A stretch of DNA of 64,000 nucleotides from the NCBI GenBank assembly GCA_963847185.1, contig CAWJYV010000006.1, forward strand, positions 18,858 to 82,857, in the 5' to 3' direction. Under the pieces are notes generated by a model. It made no database searches and had not been told where the DNA came from. It worked only from the letters and a program-made list of their open reading frames with translations. Made by a program: the position numbers and the translations under genes. This stretch comes from an uncultured Methanosarcinaceae archaeon. GTDB lineage: Archaea > Halobacteriota > Methanosarcinia > Methanosarcinales > Methanosarcinaceae. This document shows, one piece after another, positions 51,066-61,774 of the stretch. Positions within the stretch are counted from its first letter, which is position 1, and every line of letters starts with the position of its first letter.

Positions 51066-52268
51066 ATGCTATACAGACAAATACCTAAAAACAGAGACAA
51101 ACTTTCTATACTTGGGTTCGGATGCATGCGCCTCCCAGTGAAAGAAGATGGTAGTATAAATGAAGAAAGAGCTACTAAGCAGGTACGCTATGCAATCGAC
51201 CACGGAGTGAACTATGTTGATACGGCCTGGCCCTATCACATGGGGCAGAGCGAGCCCTTTTTAGGCCGTGCTCTTGCTGACGGATACCGCGAGAAAGTAA
51301 AAATCGCAACAAAACTTCCTTCGTGGCTTATAGAGAGCCGGGAGGATATGGATAAGTTTCTGAATTCCCAGCTGGAGAAACTCAAAACAGACCACATCGA
51401 TTATTATCTGATCCATGGCCTCTCAGGAGAACTCTGGGATAAAATGGAATCTCTTGGTGTAATAGACTTCATTGAGAAAGCAAAAAGTGATGGGAGAATT
51501 GTCAATGCAGGCTTTTCTTTCCATGGATCAGGTGACGATTTTAAGCGGATTGTAGACGCATATCCCTGGATTTTCTGTCAAATACAGTACAATTTCATGG
51601 ACGAAGATCATCAGGCAGGAACTGAGGGACTTAAATATGCAGCTTCCAAGAACCTGGGTGTAATTATTATGGAACCTCTACTTGGAGGCAATCTTGCCAA
51701 TCCGGTACCTTCTGAGGTAGAAAAGCTCTGGAACGAAGCTGCAACGAAACGTACACCTGCAGAATGGGCCCTTCGCTGGGTATGGAACCATCCGGAAGTT
51801 ACAGTCGTGCTTTCAGGCATGAACGAAGAATCCCATATAGAGGAAAACCTGAAAATAGCAGATGAAGCTTACCCCAATTCCCTGACAGAAGCCGAGGTAC
51901 AGCTTGTTAATAGAGTTGAGCAAAAGTACAACCAGCTTATGAAGATTGGTTGTACGGGCTGTCAGTATTGCATGCCCTGCCCTTCAGGAGTTAACATCCC
52001 TGAGTGCTTCAGTATTTACAATAACCTGCATATGTTCGGTAACGCAGATGGGGCCAAATTCACGTACGCTATAAGGATGAGCGGCGTATTTACAAATACC
52101 GAACCCGGAGGATTTGCTTCCCAGTGCATTGAATGCGGACAATGCACAGATATATGTCCCCAGAGTTTGAAAATACCTGATTTGCTTAAAGCTGTTGTAG
52201 AGGAGCTGGAGGGACCTGATCTGGAGAAAAGGATGGCTATGGCTAAACAACTTTTTACGAAAAAATGA
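51066..52268 (+). CDS. Aldo/keto reductase with C-terminal 4Fe-4S dicluster
   Basis: LGFGCMRLP, DTAWPYH, IATKLP, CTGCQYCMPCP, CIECGQCTDICPQ. Confidence 0.93.
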   Translation: MLYRQIPKNRDKLSILGFGCMRLPVKEDGSINEERATKQVRYAIDHGVNYVDTAWPYHMGQSEPFLGRALADGYREKVKIATKLPSWLIESREDMDKFLNSQLEKLKTDHIDYYLIHGLSGELWDKMESLGVIDFIEKAKSDGRIVNAGFSFHGSGDDFKRIVDAYPWIFCQIQYNFMDEDHQAGTEGLKYAASKNLGVIIMEPLLGGNLANPVPSEVEKLWNEAATKRTPAEWALRWVWNHPEVTVVLSGMNEESHIEENLKIADEAYPNSLTEAEVQLVNRVEQKYNQLMKIGCTGCQYCMPCPSGVNIPECFSIYNNLHMFGNADGAKFTYAIRMSGVFTNTEPGGFASQCIECGQCTDICPQSLKIPDLLKAVVEELEGPDLEKRMAMAKQLFTKK

Positions 52269-52801
52269 TCCCAGGGGAAATTAACGAATTAAGCTAAACG
52301 CACATTTCTGACGAATAACAATGCAAATGATGGCAGAGAAAGGAGCAAACACTCTCAGAATCATTATTTTCCTGTCCCTGTTGCTCTGGCTGAACATTCT
52401 TAACCCAATTAGCAGAAACTCTCCAGGTCTTATATGTTTTCTCAGAAAACGCCTTCTTATATACAGAGAGCATAGCCCTTATTGCTTTTGACCTGGTGGC
52501 TCCTTCATTTGGCCTGGGTAACAGCTGGGCAGGACTCCTTCATAGAGCGGCAATGAAATGTCAGCCTTTAAAGGAATCTTGGAATTCCCCCGGATTTAAC
52601 TATTTATGCAACTCAATATATTTAATTAAAAAAGTAAAGGTAAATTAAATATATCCAATTCATTTAGATTCGGTTAAGGAACAAAACGCCAAAAAATGCT
52701 ATTTTTTATGCATATCTAAGAGAATTCTTTTGAAAAATCACTATACTTGGTACTCGAAGTTGTGCATAAAATTCGTTAACCAAATCCAAATGATATCCAA
52801 T

Positions 52802-52987
52802 TTAATATTTGATCGGATTAGAACCATATCTTGAACCAGTTCTTTTTTCTTCTCCTTCTCTTTTTGCTTTATACCATTCACACAAATAACATCCTTCGTT
52901 ACAATGCATGATACGTATATGTTTAGCAATACAAGCAAGTCCTATTAAGGCTAAGATATAAACAACTATTTCCATAAATTTATGCAT
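52802..52987 (-). CDS. Small single-pass membrane protein (61 aa), paralogue of 24435-24605
   Basis: TM segment plus EEKRTGSRYGSNPIKY; same GGGGTGA RBS and upstream region. Confidence 0.75.
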   Translation of the reverse strand: MHKFMEIVVYILALIGLACIAKHIRIMHCNEGCYLCEWYKAKREGEEKRTGSRYGSNPIKY

Positions 52988-53263
52988 ACTTATTCACCCC
53001 AATCTATTATTGTACCTTATCGTTTATGAAGATAAGCAAACAGGTAGAAAACTGTGATTGTACAGAAAATATTGACACATATGATGTAGAAAAAACGCAG
53101 ATGCCCCATATGTCCAACCGTCTATTAAAATGGCAGCAGTATGTTTTGTTATTATAGCTGAGAAACAAATTCTCTTCACAAATGAAGGAAGGGGCCTTAC
53201 AAACGCCTTGAAAGATATTGTGAATGACTCGAGCAGAATTATGCGGGGTACTACATCTATAAT

Positions 53264-53920
53264 ATGTCAATAGCTGCAAAAAGGTCAGAAGTTACACAAT
53301 CGTCAATAGGATCATTCAGGCAGCAGCGTAGTAATTCAATTACAAGCTCCTTAAACAGGATTGCAAGTGACAGCAGATTTATTTCAAGTATGCAAAAATC
53401 TTCAAGTACGAATAGTAGAGCAAGCAGCATACAGACAAGTATAGGAAAAACAAATGCCTCAAAGGGTACTATAAGCATTAATAATAAACCTACTTCAAGA
53501 GCTGTTTCTACCCCTAAAGGAAAAGGGGATGTTTCAACAGTAAGCGGTAGGGTATCTCAAAGGGGTTATTCATCAGTTAACAAACTACCTGGAAGCACTA
53601 AACCTTCCATAATAGCCAGTAAGCCAAGTTCTACTAAAAGTACAAAATCCTCAGTAAGCCCTGGTAGTAAACATAGTACGAGCCCAAGTAGTAAGCCTAG
53701 TACTAGCCCAAGAACAAGCACTAAGATTTCACCTGAGTTTAAAGGTATTGAAAGCTCAGGCAGCTCTGGAAGATCTGGAAGCTCAAACAATTCTATGAGT
53801 TATCATAAGTACACAAACAAAAAGAAAACACCTCACATGGATACTAAAAAAGACAGCAGCACGAAAGTAAAAAGAGAGCAGGGGATCTTAAAGCTCACAG
53901 ATTACTTAAAAACGATTTGA
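53264..53920 (+). CDS. Ser/Lys/Thr-rich low-complexity basic protein
   Basis: 218-aa ORF with SPxSKxST repeats; hairpin and T-run downstream. Confidence 0.6.
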   Translation: MSIAAKRSEVTQSSIGSFRQQRSNSITSSLNRIASDSRFISSMQKSSSTNSRASSIQTSIGKTNASKGTISINNKPTSRAVSTPKGKGDVSTVSGRVSQRGYSSVNKLPGSTKPSIIASKPSSTKSTKSSVSPGSKHSTSPSSKPSTSPRTSTKISPEFKGIESSGSSGRSGSSNNSMSYHKYTNKKKTPHMDTKKDSSTKVKREQGILKLTDYLKTI

Positions 53921-54702
53921 TAGGGTTAAGAGGCTTGATAGGGTAATCCCCTTAATCTTTTTTTCCAATTAAAACGGAAAAACAAATTTAAAACCTTCAA
54001 GGAAATAGTAAAACAAGCTTATAGGAAAAGTAATGATCATTTGACATTCACCTCTTTTTTAGTTTCTCTTTTTTTTGCTAACTTAAGATACTTAAGTATT
54101 TAATTCTTTCTATATGTTAGATTGTTGCGATGGTAACATTTGAATTCATGAGAATCTATATGAGATTGAAAATTCTAAGTTAAGGGCTTACATGCGAGTC
54201 TAAGGCTGTGCTTATATTTGTGGTCTGGGGAATTATACCCAACTCCTTTTTGGGTGGCTAAATAGCCTCTAATTAATTCATAAACTTATTTTGACAGTAT
54301 GTTTAGTAGATTTAATTACCCCAAGCCACCACAAAACACAGCAAAATCAATAATAGTAGATCATGTTAACCTTTAGTACTATGCTTCGTTGAAAAGCTGC
54401 TACAAATCTGATATAGTCTATTGAGCTAAATAGTCAGCAGCCGAGAAAAAATCTGCTGTTGTCTCTGTTGTTGCTTAGAATGAGTTTGTAATATTGGTAG
54501 ACATTATTAGTATTTTCTTTATAGTAGTTCTTTATAGTGATACGGCAACAACGACAACAATTTCTATCATAGAGGCTCAATACTTAGTTTTACTTTTCAC
54601 TATCTATTGACTCGTACAACACATATTTATACTGGTAAGTTGTAGTATTATATACTAATTTAGGTAAAACTAAACTAACAATAATTTATAGAAGGTTTTA
54701 AC

Positions 54703-55122
54703 ATGGGGAAAAGAGAATTGGCATACAAAAGATTGGGGTACAACTCAGGAGACAACACTTACAAACTAACTATACCGCCTGAGATAATTGAAAGTTAAAT
54801 GGGAAGCAGGACAAACACTTTATTTAAGGAACAATAGCGGGATACTCACTTATCCGACAAAGAAGATCCAATGGCAAGGAAAATGAGACTTCAAAAGACG
54901 AATGTATATAGTGTTCGTATACCTGCCCGCATCATTGAGTACTTAAAATTAAAGCCAGGGCAGCTTTTTAAATTTGATTCTGGGGCTGGGTATGTTTCAT
55001 TTAATCCTTATAACGGCTCTAAACTTCTAGGGGTTGCAAAAAAGAAAACCACTGTTAACAACCTGCCCATACTGACAACAAAGGCAACAACGACACCGAC
55101 GACAACGACACCGAAAAATTAA
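54703..55122 (+). pseudogene. Tandem AbrB/SpoVT-like DNA-binding protein, frameshifted
   Basis: YKLTIPPEIIE / LKWEAGQTL and YSVRIPARIIEYLKLKPGQLF, spread over three frames. Confidence 0.6.
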
Positions 55123-55577
55123 TCGTTGTGATGCCACTACAAAAACGAAGCCCGATCATTAATTCAAAAGTGCTTCATAATTTCGTACACAAAAATTATA
55201 TAGCTTTAAAGCTAATTATTATATTGGCCTGTGTATAGAAAAATCAATGCTAGAAAAAGCGGGAAATCCCGCCTGCCTCCCTTATTTTTATAATAATTTC
55301 ATAGGAACAGATGTATAACACCCTCTAGATCTGTTCTCTCCTATATCCTTTTAATAGAAAAAGTCATGAATGGGTAGTATGCCTCCCATTTTGAGAGGCA
55401 TTTGGTTGAATCACAGAATCAAATCGAGGGGCTATTACACATAATTATTAATTATATAATAATCCTATGGATGGAATTTTCAACTGGGCATAAAAGAAAA
55501 AGAGAAAAAATAACGTGCAAGTATAATGAAGTATATCATAGATAATATTTATATATTTTAACAGTATTCATCGTTTC

Positions 55578-55679
55578 GTTTAAAAGTTGGCTAAAGAATC
55601 CCGCCTAATGTGGCAATCTGGGCGGAATTCTACAAATAAGAATATAAATGATCATTTATTCTTTTTTGAGGGCTTCAAC
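55578..55679 (+). repeat. ~100-bp conserved non-coding element, copy 2
   Basis: Matches the reverse complement of 880-981. Confidence 0.85.
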
Positions 55680-55905
55680 AACTGAAGGCTTATTATAAAA
55701 GTCAAAAATGCCACCAGACTCCAGTACGCGACATCTAAAACCCATTCACCTATACTCACAGTTTTAGTAGATGTTAGACAGTTATATATATTTTTCTTTT
55801 TTTATTTACTGTGAATCCTTTCCTTTTCCTGAACTCCTTTATCGTTCCTCTCCTACTTATCTTAGTTTAATTAAAGCTATATATATAAAGTATCATATAT
55901 ATTAA

Positions 55906-56000
55906 TGAGGGGATTCGGAGACGCACAACTCCATTTAATCACTCCTCAGACACACACATAGGAAGGGGTAGTCGTTGGCTCCTTCCTACCTCCTTTCTTC
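55906..56000 (+). ncRNA. Candidate small RNA (two hairpins, CCTCCTTT tail)
   Basis: TATATATA ~55878-55887; stems 55906-55948 and 55959-55988 (G.U on the plus strand). Confidence 0.5.
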
Positions 56001-56037
56001 ATTGTAATAAATTTTATATAGTTTAAAAACAATTATG

Positions 56038-56130
56038 ATGTAGGCAATTGGGTGCCTAACAGTTCTCTTCAAAATGGGCAGGGAATTCTCAACCCTGCCC
56101 CCTTGTGCATACATTTTCACTTTTTTTTTG
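56038..56130 (+). ncRNA. Candidate small RNA (two hairpins, T9 end)
   Basis: TTTTATATA 56012-56020; TAGGCA/TGCCTA and GGGCAGGG/CCCTGCCC stems; T-run 56121-56129. Confidence 0.5.
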
Positions 56131-56221
56131 CTGATTGATTCCTCTTAATATCCTCACATTTTCAAAAGATTTATCCTTCATCAAACAGTCTACAAAATAG
56201 TATCTGAGGAATTAACTATAT

Positions 56222-56647
56222 ATGCCCACAAATATTGAAGAATTCTGGGGTAGCAATAGAACCTTACATTTACATCATCCTATACTGATAAATAAATTCG
56301 GGAATACAGCTTTTGTTTTCAAGGAAAAAGATACTGTATGCGCTTATCTGTTCGGGTTCTACTCCCAAACTCAGCCAGTAGCTTATGTGCATCTGATTGC
56401 CGTTAGAAATAATTACAGGATGCTTGGTCTCGGTCGAAGACTATATGACCATTTTATTGGATGTGCCAGGGAAAAGCATTGCTCAAAGGTAAAAACCATA
56501 ACAAAACCAACAAACCTTGAATCAATAATGTTTCATAAAAGCATGGGGATGGAATTGACCGGAAATGGTGCTATTAATGGAATACCGGTTGTTTTCGATT
56601 ACAGCGGGCCTGGAGAACATTGGGTTATTTTCATGAAAGATATTTGA
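56222..56647 (+). CDS. GNAT acetyltransferase
   Basis: AYVHLIAVR..YR.LGLGRRLY, N.ESIMFHKSMGM. Confidence 0.88.
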   Translation: MPTNIEEFWGSNRTLHLHHPILINKFGNTAFVFKEKDTVCAYLFGFYSQTQPVAYVHLIAVRNNYRMLGLGRRLYDHFIGCAREKHCSKVKTITKPTNLESIMFHKSMGMELTGNGAINGIPVVFDYSGPGEHWVIFMKDI

Positions 56648-56819
56648 GGGTTAGGCTGACACTTTTGCGAGTTTAGTATTATAATTTAAAAGTGGAAGAA
56701 TAAAAAAAGTAGCCTTTGTTTTCTATGTTTTATCCATCAATTTCAATCTGCTGCTTCGAACTTGCTGCGAAGATGGACTTTCTTTATAACCCTGTTTCTG
56801 GCTTCAGTGAGAAATAATC

Positions 56820-57704
56820 TTATTTTTCCACAAACATAATGTCAAGCAGGTCAGCTTTAAAAACTATTCTCCTGTTACGCTGTTCGATGAGGTCACTGAG
56901 CTGCAACTCAAGGTAGTTGTGGACAACTACGTTGTCGTTCTCATTTCTTGAGCCAGTTGAAACCGAAACTAACCAGTCCTTTAAATTCCCCTTGAAACCT
57001 TTATTCACATCCTTTAAGTAATCCGTGCATCGGCGGAATAATTTGGGGAGAATTAACTGGCCATCAGGGCCAATAGAATCCTGATCTTCCAGTACAAACT
57101 CAGTTGTCATATCTAATTCCCAGATACCTTTGTTGGCATCCCGAGCTTTTGAGGCTATTTTGTGCAGAAGCTTACGATGAATGAAAGGAGTGGAAGTATA
57201 TACTGTGTAGTAGGCTATACCTTCTTCAAGCAAACAATAGTTTATCGTTTTTTCCAGCAAAGCACGATCAACCTTAACCCAATCCCCTTCCTCAAAAAGG
57301 GCTGCATCGTTTTCCAATATTACGTAAGAAATAGGACGTCCATTTGCTTCTGCCGCCTTCGAGAGAATAGCCCCACGCACTATTTCAGGCTCACAGGACT
57401 TCACCTTCTCCGGATCTTTTGGGTAATACTGGATATTCTTAAAACCCATCAATGTGAGGAGTTGATTGCGGGCTTTATCTCCAAATGACTGTGCTGCACT
57501 ACCATAATGGATCTCTGGAGCATCTACAGCTTCAAATCGCAGTTGAACACTCCCATCGCGCTTTGAAGGTTTGATGCGATATGATCCATGAAGATTTTGA
57601 TATAAATCCGGACTGTCTGCTACGAATCTGACCGAATCTCCATCTGGTTCATAGCTAGCGATAGTAAAACAACCTTTTATGACACAATAACATGGTGACG
57701 ACAT
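56820..57704 (-). CDS. Staphylococcal-nuclease (thermonuclease)-like protein, no signal peptide
   Basis: PDGDSVRF, LRFEAVDAPEIHY, NGRPISYV, LLEEGIA, ARDANKGIW. Confidence 0.8.
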   Translation of the reverse strand: MSSPCYCVIKGCFTIASYEPDGDSVRFVADSPDLYQNLHGSYRIKPSKRDGSVQLRFEAVDAPEIHYGSAAQSFGDKARNQLLTLMGFKNIQYYPKDPEKVKSCEPEIVRGAILSKAAEANGRPISYVILENDAALFEEGDWVKVDRALLEKTINYCLLEEGIAYYTVYTSTPFIHRKLLHKIASKARDANKGIWELDMTTEFVLEDQDSIGPDGQLILPKLFRRCTDYLKDVNKGFKGNLKDWLVSVSTGSRNENDNVVVHNYLELQLSDLIEQRNRRIVFKADLLDIMFVEK

Positions 57705-57780
57705 AACATTACCTCTTTTGTCGATTTATCTCTATATTTATCTAATATCTCGTCAATCTATTTCATTGGTATTCCCCCAA

Positions 57781-60570
57781 TTACACTGGCTTCTTCATAT
57801 AGGCCTCTGGATCGGCATACAAAACATAGGCTAGCCAGGTCGAGTTAGACGGATCTGCCTCTCTTACAGCCTCCCTGGCTATTCGAAAGGCCTGGGCGAT
57901 AGTTTTTCCTTCCTGGAGTAAGGACGTGTAAAAACTTTTGGCAAACTTCAATGCCAGCGAGTCCTGCACCTCCCACATAGCACCGGCAAAGGCCCCAGCA
58001 TTGGCTATTTTTATAAACCGATCGGCCCAGCCACCTAATCCAGTAAAGCTAAACCCCATTTGTGCTCCTTCGCATGCGTTAATGAAGATCAACGGTTTCG
58101 GTTGCTTAAAAGATGTTTGGATATCTGATGGTTTTAGAAGTTCTCCTGAGAGTTGTATAGCTGAGTTATTAGGGCTAGTTGTATTGAATCCACAATGAGA
58201 CGCAAAATGCAGTACAAAGAAACCTCCTTCCTTTACAAAGTCAAGTACCTGTTTTTTCTTATTGAAAGCGCCCAAACCTGTTATATCAGAGTTTAGATTA
58301 CTCAACTGCTCTATGAACTTAACTTCCTCATTGATTGCAGCTAGATCGATCTGAACAGGGGCTACAGGCCGTGCTGTACCTATTGGCAGTTCACCTTCAG
58401 GGGCTGGTCCTGCAAGCCATCGTGACAATTCAAACCTTAGACACCAAAAAGGATCATCCTCCCTTTCACCAGTGTTATCGTTGTCACGATAAGGTTTAAT
58501 CATTTCCCACGGGATCCATGGTTCATCTGAGGTGATGAGCACGGATTTTACATGATCTTTAAATCGCCAATACTCGTGCTGCAGTTCGCCAGGAATAAGT
58601 TCTCTCCATAATTCATTGCCAATGGCCGCCATCCGCTGCTCTGCATCATCTTCAATCTGACTTGCCATTTCGTTCAACTCATCATACCAATCCTTTATCA
58701 GGTTCTCTGGCGGTGCCTTTAACGACACCTGTCCGACTTTTTTAAAATGGTACTCACATTCATTATAAAGTTCAAAATCTAGAATTTTATTGCTACGGTC
58801 CAGAATTATGCGAATCTCCAAGTCTGGAGGGCAACAAACGGGCCCAGAAGTCAGTGGCAGAGCCCAGGAAGACTCGGGCTGTTTCACCTCTTCGTCGTTT
58901 ACAGTCTGATCTTCTATAACCGAAATGTTGCGACGTTCAGTGCCGATTCGCCGTCCGTATAGGTAAAAATCAACCCTAATCTGTTGTTCGCCCAGCTCTT
59001 CAGGGATAAGGAAAAAAACCAAATCAGAATCATTGTCTCTGTCTACTTGGAGAACTTTAGTGTTACTGCCCTCGATATCAAAGCCCTTAGCAAAAACTAC
59101 TATTTCTACCTCAGGTGGCTGGTCAGGCAAGCCCTTATCTTCTATGACAATACCTTTGGTATCTGGTTTAAGCGGCTTCTTCAAAAGTTCGACTAATAAA
59201 CTGAATTTTACGCCTAGGACTACCTTATCTGGACACTCGAGATTAGGGTAACGAGTGATTGTTTTAATCTCTTCAGGATTATTTTTGGGAGACGCTACTA
59301 ATTCTTCTGTGAATTCTCCTCTAGTGACAGGAATTCCTAACTTTTCTAGCTCCACTCTTCTACTAATAAACATCTCTGATTTTTCTAGTTCCATTTTACT
59401 AGTTAGAGGCGCTTCTAATTTTTCTGGAGTTCTCGCTTTAGTATGGCCTATAATGCCGAATATTTCATCAAATGTTGGTTCCCCGCGAGCAAGGGCTTCT
59501 TCCACTGATATTGCTCGCTGCATTGCCTTATTTAAGTTAGTGATCTTATCAATTTCTCTGGCTTCTTTAGGTATTATTTGTCTGACCTCTCCACGTGTTG
59601 GTACCACCATATTTTGAGCTTCATCAAATTCGGTCTTCATCACTTGAGCTACCCTTCTTCTATCCGCTTTGGTGAGGTCAGGTGAGGTCATAGCAGCCGC
59701 GATGCATGTTCTTAATAGAGTTTTTGACCGTTCCTCTTCTCCATTCATTAATGCACTTATGGCTTCATTAAAAGGTTCCGAGATGTTTGTGAGCCCATCC
59801 ATGTCATCCCTTTCCTCACGGCTCTCGATTCGAAACAGCATATAAGTGAATCCTGTTAACGGCTCGCTATCATCAGCGCTGGTCCCATAGCGGAGTCTGT
59901 CATTCATGACCCACAATCCATTTGTATCCAGTTCTTCTTCCTCAGCCAATATCGCAGCAATGTATCCAGCCTTTAGGCAGTTTGTACTGCCTCCTCCTTT
60001 TCCAACAAATGACTGATGTAAACCCAGATGCATATCTCCATTGCTCACACCGAGTAGCTCTTCGACCCCTTTAGCTATAGGTCCGGCAACATTAAGGGCA
60101 GTTGATAACTGTGGCACAACGAGTATACTTGAAAAATCTCCCATTACTTTGATAAATCTGTTAAGATAGTCTTCTCCTTGCATTGCCAGTATTCCGGCAG
60201 CAACTTCAACGGCTCCTCCGTTAAAGGGCATCAATGAAGTCATGGGGTGGTTTAATTGAATCACTTTATCCAGGTTGCTGGAATTTACATCTGAAAGATT
60301 CAATGAGCCTGCAACGTAGGGAAGACTTATCTCCTGATTTCCAAACTGGATGTGTATTATAGAGTGGACGACCGGATACAAGCTTTTAAACCATTCGCGG
60401 TCCTTAGCAAGACACATTTCACTGAGCCATAATCTGAAGTAATTCTTGCCGGCTTCCAGTGGTTCTGCACTATAAGTGGCATCCTTTACATGGCTAAAAT
60501 CAATCGGTATATACATATACTTCTTAGCGTTCCTGTTAAACAAACTGGTTATTGTGTCAATTAGAGGCAT
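57781..60570 (-). CDS. Multidomain protein with C-terminal CHAT (caspase-like) domain
   Basis: IPWEM, LHFASH, LIFINACE, GAMWEVQD..A..FA..FY, WLAYVLYADP; uncharacterised N-terminal and beta-rich middle domains. Confidence 0.9.
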   Translation of the reverse strand: MPLIDTITSLFNRNAKKYMYIPIDFSHVKDATYSAEPLEAGKNYFRLWLSEMCLAKDREWFKSLYPVVHSIIHIQFGNQEISLPYVAGSLNLSDVNSSNLDKVIQLNHPMTSLMPFNGGAVEVAAGILAMQGEDYLNRFIKVMGDFSSILVVPQLSTALNVAGPIAKGVEELLGVSNGDMHLGLHQSFVGKGGGSTNCLKAGYIAAILAEEEELDTNGLWVMNDRLRYGTSADDSEPLTGFTYMLFRIESREERDDMDGLTNISEPFNEAISALMNGEEERSKTLLRTCIAAAMTSPDLTKADRRRVAQVMKTEFDEAQNMVVPTRGEVRQIIPKEAREIDKITNLNKAMQRAISVEEALARGEPTFDEIFGIIGHTKARTPEKLEAPLTSKMELEKSEMFISRRVELEKLGIPVTRGEFTEELVASPKNNPEEIKTITRYPNLECPDKVVLGVKFSLLVELLKKPLKPDTKGIVIEDKGLPDQPPEVEIVVFAKGFDIEGSNTKVLQVDRDNDSDLVFFLIPEELGEQQIRVDFYLYGRRIGTERRNISVIEDQTVNDEEVKQPESSWALPLTSGPVCCPPDLEIRIILDRSNKILDFELYNECEYHFKKVGQVSLKAPPENLIKDWYDELNEMASQIEDDAEQRMAAIGNELWRELIPGELQHEYWRFKDHVKSVLITSDEPWIPWEMIKPYRDNDNTGEREDDPFWCLRFELSRWLAGPAPEGELPIGTARPVAPVQIDLAAINEEVKFIEQLSNLNSDITGLGAFNKKKQVLDFVKEGGFFVLHFASHCGFNTTSPNNSAIQLSGELLKPSDIQTSFKQPKPLIFINACEGAQMGFSFTGLGGWADRFIKIANAGAFAGAMWEVQDSLALKFAKSFYTSLLQEGKTIAQAFRIAREAVREADPSNSTWLAYVLYADPEAYMKKPV

Positions 60571-60689
60571 TCTTTTCCTCCTTTAGCTGAAGTTTTACTG
60601 GTTTTTCGATTTGCTATAATTAATCACTTTGTCCATCCAATCAAACTAATTATAACCCTTAATTCGCCTTTCAGGGCCTCACTTAATGT

Positions 60690-61140
60690 CTATCCTTGAT
60701 AAAGAGGCGTAAACACACCTCTTTTCCGGGCTTCAAAATCGACCTGCAAAATATAAGCTAACCATACAGAGTTAGGCTGCGCTACATTTCTTACCGCCTC
60801 TGGCTATTCGAAAGGTCTGGGTTATATTCTGGTTATCCTTCAAAAATGAAAAGAAAAACTCTTTGCAAAGTCCAGTGCCAGCACTTTTTGCACCTTCAAC
60901 CTGGAGCCAGCAAAGACCTCAATCTCGGATTTATTAACTGACCATCGGCTCAGTCCCCTAATCTGTGAAGCTAAACTCCAAACCTCAGTTTTGTCCCTTA
61001 ATAAGAATTGATGAAGATTAACGCTCCTGGTTTGTAAGAGAAATATTTGAATATCCTATGGTCTCATGTATCCGTCAAATAGTGGTATAGCTGGGTCATT
61101 AGAATCAGAGGGAATTCCTTAATTTCCTTCATGAGTCCAA
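60690..61140 (-). pseudogene. Decayed second CHAT-domain gene
   Basis: Colinear nucleotide similarity with 57790-58200, e.g. CTGGCTATTCGAAAGG.CTGGG; no open frame. Confidence 0.7.
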
Positions 61141-61221
61141 AAAAGAAATAAACTGCTGAGGCGCGGAAAATACGGAATAAAGAATATATTGGCACATTTT
61201 TTTAGTGCTTTCCATCCCGAG

Positions 61222-61390
61222 TTTCGCTTCGGGAGCACGAGGTCCGTTTCACTCGCTTCGCTCGCTCAAGCAGACTATTTTATGGTTTGGAGCCAGAATT
61301 TCGCTTCGGGAGCACGAGGTCCGTTTCACTCGCTTCGCTCGCTCAAGCAGACTATTTTATGGTTTAGAATCCAGAATTTCACTTCGTGAT
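61222..61390 (+). repeat. 77-78-bp tandem palindromic repeat, 2 copies plus a partial third
   Basis: TTTCGCTTCGGGAGCACGAGGTCCGTTTCACTCGCTTCGCTCGCTCAAGCAGACTATTTTATGGTTT at 61222 and 61299; degenerate relative near 34190-34245. Confidence 0.9.
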
Positions 61391-61774
61391 CACAGGAGAT
61401 CGAAGATTTTCTAGGAGTTGCGATGTAATCGCAACAGCACAAGGTCCTTTTTTTTCAGCACTTTCCATTTTTCGCGGTTCCGGAACTGGAAGTGGATTTT
61501 TCTGTGTCCTTGACAGTGAGAAAAACTTAATTCTTCTGGTGACTGAAGGTATTTGCCCTACAACCTGTAGAAAGTGCAAATATGTACATCAAAAATAGTT
61601 TCATCGAATCTGAGTGGTCACTGTTGAAATATCTGGGAACTTAACCAGGTATCTGCAATGTGAGATTTATTGCCTCACCAATTTTCCTGCGCTTGAGTCA
61701 ATCTGTCTGATTGTCATAGCAATGAGCAGAGCAATTGTTTTTCCCACACAGAGATATTTTTATTTGGTGGGTAT

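Noticed and set aside
880-55679. The 100-bp inverted pair as ends of one 55-kb mobile or invertible element
   Set aside because: The enclosed DNA includes core genes (topA, tsr3), the copies are diverged, and no recombinase or target duplication is seen; a dispersed element is simpler.
61222-61390. CRISPR-like 77-bp periodicity, and ORFs 61189-61414
   Set aside because: The units are near-identical with no unique spacers; the ORFs merely translate the repeat.
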